Positions 36,560-51,070 are shown, numbered from the stretch's first letter. The stretch is 64,000 bases of DNA from Octopus sinensis (GCF_006345805.1 NC_043008.1:14446001-14510000), one strand, 5' to 3'. Translations and numbers: made by a program. Notes: generated from the letters alone by a model not told the origin.

Positions 36560-37030
36560 TTACAGTGTAGCTCGAAGTATCCGTGGACATCGGGTTGATC
36601 ATCTTCATGGATACATTTCTTCGGGCGTTATAACATTAATGGATGTTTAACAAAGAAATGTTTGTCTCCTTTGAGGTTAGAGAGACGATCCTATAACTTT
36701 TTGCATCCGTTCTACTACCTTGTAAGGTTTGTCTTTACATTTTTGACAGCCTTGGCTTCTTTCTCTGCCCTCTCTTTCTCCTGAGAGAGCTTGGGATCAA
36801 GTTCAATCTCAAGCAATGTTTCTTTCAAATAGGATTCGTTGCTATCCTTTGACGGTTTGAGATTTTTGTTCGTCGTCTCATTAGAATCTTCCTATGCTTG
36901 GGAATTGTTTCTCTGTCGTTTTGGCATTCGCTCTGGAACAAACTTACCGCATATGTCATGCATGATTGTCATAAAGTTCTGTAGCTTTATGTCAATATCT
37001 TGCGTATGATCTCTTTCTGAATATATTTTT
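36560..37030 (-). mobile_element. Degenerate CR1/L2-like LINE ORF2 fragment (EN-RT linker)
   Basis: Peptide …LQNFMTIMHDICGKFVPER…LSQEKERAEKEAKAVKNVKTN, with stops. Confidence 0.5.
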
Positions 37031-37185
37031 CCAATCAGGTGTGTGTGTGTGTGTCTATGTGTGTATATATATATATATATATATAATATATATATATTAT
37101 ATATATATATATACATACTCATTTTTCTCTCTTCATTATTTTTTTACTTCTCTCTCCATTTTTAAATTTTTTTTTATTCTCAACC

Positions 37186-37222
37186 ATTTCTGCCGAAGAG
37201 CGTAGGCTCGAAACGTCAAAGG
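37186..37222 (+). ncRNA. Degenerate hammerhead-like motif (HH-B-related)
   Basis: TTT-CTGCCGA-AGAGC GTAG GCTC-GAAA-CGTC-AAA with a GUC triplet. Downstream sequence is homologous to the 35730-35930 relic. Confidence 0.55.
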
Positions 37223-37315
37223 CCTTTCCATTTTCCCCGAGCGTCAAACTAATATACCTGCTTATTGTTCGCTCACCTGTCATCGTCTTTTCTTTTGTTT
37301 TCTATAAATTTGAAT

Positions 37316-37386
<71 letters not shown>

Positions 37387-37726
37387 TGTGTATACATGGA
37401 TACATTTAGATGCATATACGTAGAAGTATTTGTATCTGTACCGATGTATATCAATATACACCTATTTCTTCATCTATGCTTGAATATACATGTCTGTTTA
37501 TGCATTCTTAAGAATGGGTAACCATGTGTCTGCAGATGTATGCACCTGTTATATACCAACACGTTATATATTCATATATGTATTATGTGCTCGTAAGCCA
37601 GTTTGGAGGAATCGCTTCATCTATACGCATCTAACTCTGTATATAAGCAACTTCAAACTGCACAACTATGTTACTTCATATATATATACATACATATATA
37701 TACATATACATACATACTTACATATA

Positions 37727-37758
<32 letters not shown>

Positions 37759-37961
37759 TACATATAAATATACGTATGTATATATACATATATATGTGTG
37801 TGTGTACGTATGTGTGGAGGGTGAAACTGGGTAGTTGCATGTCTGTCTGGACTTGTAAGCATTTATACATGTCCATATTAGCTATCCATCGATTTATTTG
37901 TACACCTCAGTGTTACTTTGCAAATGTATGCGATTTTACATATATATAAATATATATGGAT

Positions 37962-38075
<114 letters not shown>

Positions 38076-38925
38076 ATGGGTGTGTGATTACGTATGTATG
38101 CATATATTTATACCTACACACAGACATACTTATATGTTTGTATGTGCATGTGTTTCCTTCCTTTGAAATTTTTCATAACTTTTCAATTGAAAATTTACCA
38201 CTATAGGTATGTAAACATGGACATAAGCACACAACCACACACACACACACACACAGGTACATGCACGCACAATCATAAATATATATTGATATACACATAG
38301 ATACATACTTAGGTAAACATATAAATATACTCACACCACATATATGTATAATATGTAAGCATCAGATATGTAATTTACCCTTCAGAATTGAGTTTTTCTG
38401 TTACTTTGTTCGTAGTACTAACGTTTATACAGTCACGCAAAGAAGCATACAGCATACACTACGGGTTATATATATAGACCAAGATATATGTGTATACATC
38501 CGTGTAATGTATATCTAGAGCGTTTTCTTCTTATCCCTCTTATCATAATTTCTCACAATTTTCTCATGTAACTTTAGTATTACGAAATGACAGCATTCAA
38601 AATTTAACCTGCAATGGCGTTTTAATTTCCAAGCTTTGCAGCATGTTTATCTATATGTATGTAAATATGTGAATGTGTGTATGAATGTATACGTACGTAT
38701 GCGCGTACGTAAGTATATACGAGCACGCAGACACACAAACATATACATATATATATATACGTACACACACAACACACACATATATATATATAATATATAT
38801 TATATATATATATATATATAGTGGGAGGGGTTATGAGTGTGTCTGTGAGCTAATATATGAGATTACGATTATCTGCGTATGTGTATATACGAACATATTC
38901 GCATATATGTATACATATATGCACA

Positions 38926-38962
<37 letters not shown>

Positions 38963-39939
38963 TCATACATGTATTATATATATATATATATATATAAGAT
39001 AGAATACGTACTAGGCTTAGAAAGTCCTGCAGTTAATTTGTTCGACTAAAGGCGGTGCTATAGCATGGTCGCAGTCGAATGACAGAAACAAGTTAAAGAA
39101 TATAAATATATGTATATACTTATATGTATGTGTATATATGTATATGAGATAATAACAATTCAAAGTAAATAATTCTGAAAAGGTTTTTTGTGCTTTCCCA
39201 AAGAATATTACCCTCAGCAGCGCTAGTGTTGGTATATACGGGAATAAGTCACTATCCGAAATAAGTGTTTAAGGGTTGTACTGAATAAATTGCGAAATTA
39301 ACTCTAATAGTTCAAATACTAAGAAATAAGCATACTCAATTTGATTGATACCAAATGGTTTAGGAAAATGAATGCGTTATTTCCCTTGGCTGTTAAAATC
39401 TGGGCGAATGGGCTATTTCCCTTGGATGTTAAAATGAAATATATTAGATATATATAAGGATCCCTTCCAGGGACCCTATTATCGATTTTTTTTTTCAACA
39501 ATCTGAGTATGTCATGAGGTTTCCAGATATGAGTTGTACTCACGTATCAAGTTTCATTAAATCGATAAAACTATGTAGGAGGAGTTAGCTAACAACTCGA
39601 CAAACAAACACACCCACTCATAGAATTTCCTACATATGTAGTAGATATGTATACATATATGCATTATATATATATATATGCATGTATATATATATATATT
39701 TGTGCATATATATATATACATATATACGCATATATATATATACATGTATATATCTATATTATTTATATTTTATATATATATGCATGTATATATATATGTA
39801 TTTGAGTGTGTATATATATACATATATACACAAACACACACATATATATATATATATATATGTATATGTGTGTATATATAATATATATATATATGTATAT
39901 ATATATATATGTATATTATTCATATTTTATATATACATA

Positions 39940-40232
39940 TATGGAGGGGTATGGCCTAGTGGTTAGAACAGCGATTCGCGGTCGAGGGATCACGGGTTCG
40001 AATCTCAGACCGAGCGATGTGTGTGTTTATGAGCGAAACAACCTAAGCTCCACGTAACTCTGGCAGAAGGTAATGGAGAACTTCTGCTGACTCTTTCCTC
40101 ACAACCTTCTCTCACTTTTCCTCCTGCATCTAGCAGCTCACCTGTGACGGACTCTCCTGGTGGGGAACTACACGCCAACGAAACCGGGAAAGGAATCCTT
40201 AGGAGCCAGGCATGGCTCGAGAAGGAACGAAC
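39940..40232 (+). mobile_element. SINE S2 with V-like tail (degenerate)
   Basis: Head GGCCTAGTGGTTAGAACAGCGATTCGCGG and tail GAGCCAGGCATGGCTCGAGAAGGAAC. Confidence 0.8.
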
Positions 40233-40554
40233 AATATATGTGTGAGTGTGTGTATGTTACGCTTGTCTGTGAGTTAATGTACATGAATTGTGTATGAAAC
40301 ACCAGTAATATGGCGATTTTCGGTAATTCTAGAGGAGGTGGGATGTGGTGGGGTTGCCACTAATTCCATGATGCTCCATTTGGTTTGCATTAGTCTTGGA
40401 AGAAGATGATTTGTGAAGCATTGAGTTAAGAACAACAACGTCCTCGTTGTGACTTTAAGTACTACCACACTCTGAAAGTTATGTAATGCGTATATTATGT
40501 ATGTCTGTATGCACACATATTGTTTACAGCAGCTAATATATGCAATGCATATGA

Positions 40555-40596
<42 letters not shown>

Positions 40597-40615
40597 ACAC
40601 ATATATATATATATA

Positions 40616-40661
<46 letters not shown>

Positions 40662-41377
40662 ATATATATCATATATGCACGAACATGATTGTTAGGACAT
40701 ATATACGCATGTACATGTAATAAAAATTTTAAGAGCTGTATAATCCACTCTTTCACTCCCTCTCTATCTCTCTATCTCTCTCTCTTTCCCTCTCTTTATC
40801 TATCTATCTTTCTCTATTTTTATCTCTATCTCTCTCTCTCTCTCCTCTGCCACCCACGAATGTCTTAGCATCGCAGACACAAGTAGACGGATAAATAATT
40901 CTTGAATGCCTCATGGCATAAAGGATACAGCACATAAATACTCCAACACACACACACACACACACATATACCATACACACTTAAACACATATATCCATTC
41001 ATACCTATACATACTCGTACACACACAGTGTGTGTGTGTGTGTTTGTATGAGAGAGTGCGTGGGTACATATGTTGATGGATATGTATGTGCTTATTGGTG
41101 TACGTAAATAAATATATATATATATATATATATATGAATGTATATATATATATATATACATACATACACACGCATATATATATATATATGTGTGTGTGTG
41201 TGTATGTATATATGTATATATATATATATAATGTATATATATGTGTATGTACCCAAACATCTATACATGTATATAAATACATATATATATGTGTGTGTCT
41301 GTGCATGTATGTATGTATATATATATAAAGTATATATATGTGTATGTGCCCAAACATCTTTACATGTATATAAATAC

Positions 41378-41421
<44 letters not shown>

Positions 41422-41592
41422 ACGCATAAACACACAGACCCACATATATATACACACATGTATAGATATATATATATACACATATTTATATTACATATAT
41501 ATACATATATATATATACATACACACATTCATACACATTAATAAATACATATATATACATCCATACACACACGTACACACACACTAATATAT

Positions 41593-41634
<42 letters not shown>

Positions 41635-42014
41635 TATATATTATGATATATAAACACACACACAACTGCATTCACAACATCAAGAAGTCTACAAAAATGG
41701 AACGAGGTATAAAGAATTGCTCGAATAACTCAAATCGTGACTCTAAATTCATGGCTTTTTCGTATATTTATTTTTTGGGGTTTTTATCATTTGTTATACT
41801 TTTTTGTGGTTGTTGTTGTTGTTTTGTTTGTTTGTTTGTTTTTTGTGTATTTTTGTTTATCTCGGCCCATGGCAAATTATTTGAACAGTTCAACCCGTCA
41901 CAGTTTTTTTTACCACACACATTCCACACACACATGCATGCATTCACCTGCAGACAATTACGTAATCTTGAACATGACTTTAATAGCCATGTTTGTCACT
42001 TTGAGACAGATTTC

Positions 42015-42058
<44 letters not shown>

Positions 42059-42173
42059 ATAGCAGCAGCAGCAGTAGTGGTGGTGGTGGTGGTGGTGGTG
42101 GTGGTGGTGGTGTTGGTGGTGGTGGTGGCGGCGGTAGTGGTGGTAGTAGTTGCAGTAGAGGCGGTTGTGGTTT

Positions 42174-42207
<34 letters not shown>

Positions 42208-42615
42208 GATGGTGATGGTGGTGGTCGTCGTTGTAGTAGTAGTAGTAGAGGCTTTTTTGGTTTTGGTGGTAGTAGTAGTGGTGGTGATGGTGGCTGTGGT
42301 GGTGGTGGTGGCTGGCTGTGGTGGTGGTGGTGGTGGTGGTGGTGGCGGCTGTGGTGGTGGTGTGTGGTGGTGTGGTGGTGGTGGTGTGGTGGGTGGTGGT
42401 GGGGCTGTGGTGGTGGTGGTGGTGGTGGTGGTGGTGGTGGCGGCTGTGGTGGTGGTGGTGGTGGTGGTGGTGGTGGTGGCGGCGACGGCGGTGGTAGTGG
42501 TAGTAGTAGTTGCAGTAGTAGTAGTAGAAGCGGTTGTGGTTTTAGTAGTAGTAGTATGGTGGTGGTGGTGGTGGTGGTGGTGTGTTGCTGCTGCTGCTGC
42601 TGCTGGTGGTAGTTG
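42015..42615. repeat. (AGT)n/(GGT)n compound trinucleotide microsatellite
   Basis: Read directly from the sequence. G-rich strand. Confidence 0.95.
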
Positions 42616-42919
42616 GTATGGTTGTCTTCTTCCAATCGGGACTCACGCCATTAATCACAAAGAATAGTCTCTAATTCGAGCCTACTCTAAGCTACTAAGA
42701 GTGCGTGTGGCAAATCGAAGATCCACCCACCACACGCGATAGACTGGCGGTTGCACTGACACGAAAGCTACTTTGTTATCCTCATTCCGTAAACGGTGGC
42801 TTTTAACGGGTGGAGAGCTGAACCATCCTGGGCTACAGAGGATTCGCAATCTAGACTAGGGTCTGAAAGTTTACCACACCATTAGTGGGTTACACCATGG
42901 TTCTTCTGCTTTGTGGCCG

Positions 42920-43112
42920 AAGTAGGAAGAAAGAGTGAGAGAAAGCTGTGGTGAAAGAGTACAGCGAGATTCACCACCGCCGCCACCGGAGCCTCTTGAA
43001 GCTTAGGTGTTTTTGCTCAATAAACACTCACAATGCCCGGTCTGGGAATCGAAACCGCGTTCTTACGACCGCCAGTCCGCTGCTCTAACCACTGGGCCAT
43101 TGCGCCTCCACG
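42920..43112 (-). mobile_element. 3'-truncated SINE S2
   Basis: Reverse complement of the S2 head and body. Confidence 0.8.
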
Positions 43113-43479
43113 GTTGTTGTTGTTGTTGTTGCGCTTAGACCCAGATCTGCCGTGAATAAACAGATCTAAGGCGTTCGAGGCATGACCATCCTCACCAAGA
43201 GCTACGTTGACCAATGTGTTCCTTCATTTTTTTTCCTAAGACGCCGTAAAAGTGAGTGATTTAAAGGAATTAGGTTGCTATTTCTAATCGGCCGATTGAC
43301 CCTAATGCGTTTCCGTTGTTTAGTAATTACAGGCGTTGTTGCGTAGCCCAAGGTAAACCATGATCCAGTCGACCTGTGATCCCTTGCACTCTGACCCCTA
43401 ATCCAGTAACCAGTCATTGTATGTCCAAGGTCTACATTACCCAGCATGCCGTGTTTCCTGACGGCTGTGTGTTGTTTAA

Positions 43480-43794
43480 CCCATTGGTATTTAAACCGGC
43501 AAGATCCGGATAAAAAATATTCTATCTGCGTCATATTAAAATTAGCCAGGTCCTGCTTTTCACACCTACCCTACAATGTCAGTGTAAAGAAAATTTGAAA
43601 AATTTGAAGTTGCAAGACATAAGAATGTGTACACGTATTTTGTATGAATGTATACATACATCCAAGTCATATATACACGTGAATATCAACACACAGCTCC
43701 TTCAGATATCCTTCACATACGTGTATACAACCACACACACACACACATACACCCAAAATCCGTACACACTTGTCCCACTGTACTTCTTCTCTCC

Positions 43795-43829
<35 letters not shown>

Positions 43830-43902
43830 ATTGTATGCTTAATTAAAAACAATGTGACTAAATAAACATTGCATTTGACAGAGTAATCTGAACGCTAAAG
43901 AG
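43480..43902. mobile_element. piggyBac-like MITE (TTAA-flanked), disrupted by microsatellites
   Basis: TTAA|CCCATTGGTATTTAAACCGG … CTGAACGCTAAAGAG|TTAA. A related fragment lies at ~12295-12390 (minus strand). Confidence 0.55.
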
Positions 43903-44664
43903 TTAAAGGCTATTTAGCTGCTATTTCTAGTAAATATGCTGACCCCTTTGCGGTTTACATTTGCTTCTTGTTGACGTTATTGACATTGTTGTTCTTTAGT
44001 CCTTTATTTTCACTTTTTTTTTTTCGGCTCCCGATCTCGCGGACCCACATGTCTGTAGAAGCTTTGCTTCAATTTGAACACGGTACTATTTTTTTGTTTT
44101 ATTTTTTTGTCAGATACCACCTGACCTGATGACGTCATAGAAAAATTATTCAATAAAGTTCTTTGGTCAGACAATAGATGGTGTGACCGCCATCAGCATA
44201 GAAAAAATATCTTCCATCTCCAAATCGTTCAGAGATCAAATTCTGCCGAGGTCAACTATGCTTTTCATCTGTCCAGGGTCGATGAAATACGTACAAATTG
44301 AGCACTAGGAGTCGATATAAGCGACTGCTCCCCTCCTCCTCCTCAAATACTTCATGTCTTGTGCCTGTTATAGAAAGGAAGAGAAACGATTATGAAAAGA
44401 ATTTCTTTTCCATTTACTCCGTCAGACTGTTGTATTTGATGTTCCTCTTGCACACAATAAATTCCGTATGAAGAATTGAAACCTTAACTTTGTTTTCATA
44501 TTTCCACTTCATACTCATGCAACTATTTCACCTTTGTAATGTTCAAACGTTGTGAAGGCGCGTGACTTAGCGGTTAAGGTGTTGTCGTAAGGGTATCGAC
44601 GTAAGGTTGTGGAGTGGTGCGTTGTGCCTTTAACCAAGACGCTTTATTTTCTACATTGCTCCAG

Positions 44665-44970
44665 GTTTTTGTTTCTTCCTCCTCGAGCCATGCCTGGCTC
44701 ATAAGGGCCGGTTTCCCGGTTTCCTTGGCGTATAGGTTCCCTACCTGGAGGGGACGCCGGTTCGTCTCAGGTGAGCTGCAAGATGGAGGAGGAAAGAGAG
44801 AGAGAAAGTTGTGGTGAAAGAGTCAGCAGAAGTTCGCCATTACATTCCGCTGGAGCCGCATGGAGCTTATTTGTTTCGCTCATAAACACAAACATCGCCC
44901 GGTCTGATATTCGAACCCGCGATCCCTCGACCGCGAGTCCGCTGCCCTAACCACTAGGCCATGTGCCTCC
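44665..44970 (-). mobile_element. SINE S2-V nested inside SINE S4 (44555-45180)
   Basis: 12-bp TSD ACATTGCTCCAG at 44653-44664 and 44971-44982. Confidence 0.88.
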
Positions 44971-45198
44971 ACATTGCTCCAGTCCACTTAGCTGAAAAAA
45001 AATTGAGCTCAATCTGTATTTCAAAGGGCCAGCTTTGTCACATTGTTGTCACACTGAATCTCCTAAAGAACTTCATTAAGGGTCATGCATGTCTGTGGAG
45101 TACTCATCCATTTGCAGGTTAATTTCACGAGCAGGTTCTTCCGTTGATTGGATCAACTGGAACCCTCATCGTCGTAACAGATAGACAGACAAACAGAC

Positions 45199-45266
<68 letters not shown>

Positions 45267-45303
45267 GGATGGATGGATGGATGGATGGATGGATGGATGG
45301 ACG

Positions 45304-45343
<40 letters not shown>

Positions 45344-46258
45344 TTACAGGCTTCCACACAGTTTCCGCATGCCAGATTCACTCACAAAGCTACAGTAGAA
45401 GACACTTGCCCAAATTGCTGCGCAGTAAGGCCTGAACCCGAAACCATGCGGTTGTCAAAACGAAAAAAAAACCACACCGTACACGTGAATATTTTGGACA
45501 ATCTACAACTACGAATGGGGAACATTTTTTTTTTTTACTATCCCTGAGCAGATATAAAATTATCACTTGGCGTGGATATTGTTATCAACGCTATGAAGGC
45601 GTATGCTCGTAAATTTTTGCGGTGATTGCATTTGTTGCCACAACAACAAAAAGACATTACGCAAGAAAAAAAAAGTACGGTTATTGTAGCCATTTTTCTA
45701 GCTGGCTTTTTCCACGTTATGTGTTTTTGCGTCTGCTGTTTGCACGAACATCGATTTTTTTTAACAAATTTCTCTTCGAAATATTTTATCAGTGTATATC
45801 TACTACTATCTCTCAATCATTGAGTTTGTTTTTTTTTCTTTTTCACTTGCTTATTATTTGTCTCCTTATCTACCGAAACTATCTCCTTATCTAGCATATT
45901 TCAATTCTATCATTTCTTTATCTGTCTTAGACACACACCAAACAACAACAAACGCTCAAAGAAAAGCGAAGTATTATGCAAACTATATACACACGCGCAC
46001 ACACACGCACACGCACGCATACACACACACACACGCATTTCATATACATACATTCATATATACATACACATACGTATATATGTATATATACATACATATA
46101 TATATATACACCTATAAGTACATATGAATATATATATATATATATATTTATGTATATATATATACACACTTATAAGTACATATATACATATAATGTGTGT
46201 GTGTGTTCCATTTTATATACATATATTCATATATACATACACATATGTATATATGTAC

Positions 46259-46291
<33 letters not shown>

Positions 46292-46885
46292 ATATAGATA
46301 TATATATATATATATATATGTACATATATATATATACATAGACTTATAGTACATATAATATATATATATACACACACATACTATACATATAACATGTGTG
46401 TGTGTGTTGCGTATGTGTGTATGTGTGTGTGTATGCATGTTTGTGTGAGGGATGCAACGTCAAATAGTGGAAATACAATACAGTAAGAATACTGTACGAT
46501 GGATAAGATGTTAGTTTAAAATTTAAATGAAAACCAAAAAAATTGCCGTTGACGTTTCGGGCAGTTTTCACAAGGAGGCAGACAATGTATTATAATGAAA
46601 TTCTTCATAGAACTAAATTATTCGCAACGGAAGCTTTAGTTATATCGACACAGAGACACAGTGCAGTAGTTATCTCTTAAGCAATTTTTCAGTCCGGCGA
46701 TGATGATTTTATCACTTACAACATTATTCCTATGATCAAATGCTGCCTACGACAAAACGTGACACCAAATAACCTCCATAATCTTTTCGTTTAGAAGACA
46801 AAGCTGACGAAGCTTGCAAGGTCTCAACATATAAGTCGACTAAAGGACGTTTTCGTTTACAACTAAACATAAAATATTAACAAAT

Positions 46886-47068
46886 AGGCGCAGGAGTGGC
46901 TGTGTGGTAAGTAGCTTGCTTAGCCAACCATATGGTTACAGGTTCAGTCCCACTGCGTGGCACCTTGGGCAAGTATCTTTTACTATAGCCTCGGGCCGAC
47001 CAAAGCCTTGTGAGTGGATTTGGTAGACGGAAACTGAAAGAAGCCCGTCGTATAAATATATATATATA

Positions 47069-47117
<49 letters not shown>

Positions 47118-47700
47118 TATATGTGTATGTGTGTGTAAAACTTCTTACATTAGTACATGTCTTGATTATATCATATATGTGTATATATATATGTTTGTAT
47201 GTCTGTTTGTTTACGTCCCCGTAACTTAGCGGTTCGGCAAAAGAGACCGATAGAATAACTACTAGGCTTGCAAAAAATAAGTTCTGGGGTCGATTTGTTT
47301 CGACTAAAGGCGGTGCTCCAGCATAGCCGCAGCCAAATAACTGAAACAAATAAAAAATAAAATAAATAAATACGAAAACTGGTAAGAAGCTTGTTTTCCA
47401 AACCACATGGTTCCGGGTTCAGTCCCACTGCGTGGCACTTTGAGTAAAAGTCTTCTAGTATAGCCTCGGGACGATTAAAGCCTTGTGAGTGGATTTGGTG
47501 GATGGAAACTGAAAGAAGCCCGTCGTATTTGTGTGTGTGAGTGTGTGTGCCTTCTTTTGCGTCTGTGTTTGCTCCATCATCACTTGACGACCGGTGTTGG
47601 TGTGTTTACGTCCCTGTATTCTAGCGGTTCAGCAAAAAAGACCGATAGAATAAGTACTAGGCTTAAAAATAAGTCCTGGGGTCAGATAGTTCGATTAAAA
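46886..47700 (+). mobile_element. Two adjacent composite S3 SINEs
   Basis: Head GGCGCAGGAGTGGCTGTGTGGTAAG, CORE-like CCTTGGGCAAGTATCTT and right modules. Confidence 0.88.
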
Positions 47701-47714
47701 ATCAATTGCCGTAT

Positions 47715-48185
47715 GTAATACATTTAATCTCTCTGCAATTTCTCGTACAAGTTATATGACAATCAGATTCAATTATGGCTTTGATTCGGTCATCATCAAC
47801 TTCAGTAGGTGGACCAGAACGTTGGTCATCTTTGAGTGAAAAATCTCCAGAACGGAATTGTTTGAGCCATTTCTGACATGTCGTGCTGATAAACAGTCAA
47901 CACTCTAAACTTCACATATCTTTTTGTGAACGTCAACAGCTTTCTTGCCTTTACGGAAATAAAATAGCAAAATATGGTGAAATTTTTGTTTTTGCGCTCC
48001 ATGTTAAAATTGACACTAAACTAACAGTTGTAAACGAAATTACATGCAATTTGCTTATAAAGTAAAGTAAAAGTAACGGCTATCAAATGTCAAAAGGAAA
48101 AGATCATAACATTGACAAAAGTCATTTTTAAAAATCGTAACTCTATCTATTTGCGAAAAACAAAATTGCTTTCTTGCCAACACAA
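47715..48185 (-). mobile_element. Mariner 5' half (TIR plus transposase N-terminus), degenerate
   Basis: Minus-strand peptides HILLFYFRKGKKAVDVHKKICEV and FRSGDFSLKDDQRSGPPTEVDDDRIKAIIESD. TIR-like TTGTGTTGGCAAG with TA at 48186-48187. Confidence 0.88.
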
Positions 48186-48192
48186 TATATAT

Positions 48193-48269
<77 letters not shown>

Positions 48270-48271
<2 letters not shown>

Positions 48272-48760
48272 TCCCTTTCCTCCTTCAAACGAGTCCATAA
48301 CCTGCGTCACCTCCTGGTCCACAGTTTCTTCCCTACCCTGGATCCTTCCCTTGCTCCCGCCCACGCTGTCGTACCTGCCCGTACCTGCCCGTACCTCTCC
48401 AACACCACCATCCTCACAGGCACCCATCACCGTCCCTATTACATCGCCGTTTCCTTTACCTGCACTTCTAGTAATGTCATTTACTGCATCTCCTGCTCTC
48501 TGTCCTTCCCTGTATATTGGTCAAGCGGGACGTCGCTTAGCTAACAGGTTCGCGGAGCACCTCCGGCACATCAGACTCGGCAATGATACACTGCCCTGGT
48601 CGCGCGCCATTTCTGCTCTACCGGTCATTTGCTACATCTGTCTGTGTTCGGAATGTCTGTGTACAGGGGCCACCCGGACTCCTGCCTTCGCCGTGAACAA
48701 GAATTTATCTTCTCTCTTCGTTCCTCTGCGTTACAGGGACTCGACTCACCTCCTCTCTTC
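48270..48760 (+). pseudogene. Penelope-like element GIY-YIG endonuclease domain, frameshifted
   Basis: PGSFPCSRPRCRTC…FTCTSSNVIYCISCS-LCPSLYIGQAGRRLANRFAEHLRHI…ARHF…RREQEFIFSL. Confidence 0.88.
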
Positions 48761-49350
48761 ATCTGACACCAAACTTCGCCTTCTCTCTTCATTTGACACC
48801 AATCTCACACAGATTCCCACTCACCACCACCCCACACACACACCCTCCAGCTACACACCACACCTACATACCGCCCACCTCAGTACCCTCACCCACACGC
48901 ACCACTATACATACCCATACACACTGTTCAACTCATCACTCACTTCACACACCATTACACACACCCACAACACATTCCCACTCCACACACACTTCTCAGC
49001 ACCCACACAATACCGCATCATCCACACACACACACACACACACACAATCTTCAATAACATCACCACACATACCACTATATGAATAGCCACACACACACTG
49101 TTTAACTAAGTACACATACCATACACCATCATGAACAATCTCACACCCACACAAGCACATAATACCTGAACAGAGACAATATATACATATACACACATAC
49201 ATACACACGCAACACGCAAAGACAAAGTTAACTTTCGCCCACATACATACACTATACACATGCACACCAATTGGTCACATTGACACACATACATACACAC
49301 GTACACATGTGCACTCACCACGTGAGAAAACGCACATCAACTGCTACACA

Positions 49351-49462
49351 CAATTTTTGAACGGCAAATTTTGAGCGACAAATTTTGAGCAACAAATTTT
49401 GAGCGACAATTTTTGAGCGGCAAATTTTGAGCGACAAATTTTGAGCAACAGCTTTTGAGCGA
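49351..49462. repeat. 14-bp minisatellite, 8 copies (CAAATTTTGAGCGA)
   Basis: Units read directly. Variant pattern repeats every 4 units. Confidence 0.9.
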
Positions 49463-49635
49463 AGGGGACAAGTCGATTACTTGATTGGTACTATATTTTA
49501 TCGACCCCGAAAGGGTGGAAGCAAAGTTAAACTCAGAGCAATTTGAACTCAGAGCAATTTGAACTCAGAGCAGTTTGAACTCAGAGCGTAAAGAACCAGT
49601 AGAAAATTCGCCATTTTATCCGCTGTGCTAACGAT
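49463..49635 (-). mobile_element. S1 SINE with an internally repeated B-box segment
   Basis: (AACTCAGAGCAATTTG) repeated ~4 times at ~49528-49588 inside the S1 core/head. Confidence 0.75.
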
Positions 49636-51070
49636 TCAGCGAGCCCGCCGCATTAAGTATATATGATTTTTGTCTCTACGTGTGATCAGTTTGAAACCAA
49701 GCTCCGTGCTAAATACATTGCCTCCTACACGTAGCACGTATTAAGATATATAAGCAGCAGACAATAAGTTGTGATGGTGTAGACGTGGAGAAGGTGAAGA
49801 AGTGTGTATAATGATGAATGTCGAGGCAGAAAGTTCACATTTAACACTGGAGGTTAAAGTATCTTTTCAGTATGAATGAAAACTAGATTATTTTGTGAAA
49901 GCAACCGTCATGTTGACAAGCTGGAGAGGATGTAAAAACGAAGAAGTGTCAGATTGTGAATTGGTGAGGCCGTGGATATTTGTGAATTGATAGAAAGAAT
50001 AGAGGAGAGAGGTGGAGAGTAAGAGAGAATGTTGGAGAAATTGATAACGAAAAGGAACAAAAAAGAATTTGCGTTTGAGAATAAAACGAGAAAAAAATTT
50101 ATGTAAGAGACTGTGTATTAGAGAGAGAAAAGGCAAATGTTATATATGTGCGTATGTGTTTGATTGTAGGTGTTTATGAATATCTGTGTGTGTGTATGTG
50201 TGTGTTTGTATATATAAAAGTGTGTGTGTGTGTGTGTGTGTACATATATACATATACATACACTTAGATAAATGTGTGTGTGACAGAGACAGGGAGAGAG
50301 AGAGAAACGAAAGGAGAAAGAGGGAGCCATTAAGGGATGAAAGAAAGGAAACTTATGTATGTGAGTGAATGAGTGAGTGAGTGAACGAGTGAGTGAGTGA
50401 GTGAGTGAGTGAGTGAGTGAGTGAGTGGGTGAGTGAGTGAGTGAGTGAGTGGGTGAGTGAGTGAGTGAGCTGGAAAGAGACAGAATATGAAAGAGATATC
50501 TGTAAGTGCTAGAGAAGAAAGTATGTTTCTAAAAAAAAAAGTGGGGTGAGAAGAAAAAGTAAAAAAAAAACACCCAATGCGTGTGAATAGAATGAGAATG
50601 AAGAATGAGATTAAATATGAAAGGGAAAGAAATAGAGGGAAAGAGATAGATAGGATTGATAGAGACGAAAGAAAAAAGATGGAGAGGAAGGTTTTATTTG
50701 AGAGAGTGAGAGAAAGACTTTGGTTGATGGAAGCAGAAAGTATAGAAGAACGTGTAGGGCACCGGAATGACTGGGTGATTAAGAAGCAGGCTTTGCAATC
50801 AGGGAGGTTCGAGTTCAGTTCCAGTGCATGGCAGCTTCGGCAATATGTCTTCCACTGCAACTTCGGGCTGGCCAATGGTTGATGGAAACTGTAGAAGCCC
50901 CTCGAATATATATATATATATACATATATATACATATATATATTACATATATATATATACATATATATATATATAATATATATATATATATTATATATAT
51001 ATATGATATATATATGTATATGTATGTATATGTATGTATACCACACACACACACACACACACACACACAC

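Noticed and set aside
41737-42667. Gly-, Pro- and Val-rich ORFs resembling structural proteins
   Set aside because: Pure (GGT)n/(AGT)n microsatellite open in several frames, with no signal peptide or unique domain.
44120-44160. CTGATGA…GAAA motif; also a possible terminal exon IPPDLMTS* with AATAAA
   Set aside because: No stem II or stem I for a ribozyme. The exon is too short and unsupported.
49351-49462. Short regular repeats suggesting CRISPR (also 55355-55458)
   Set aside because: No unique spacers, no cas genes, and a eukaryotic context.
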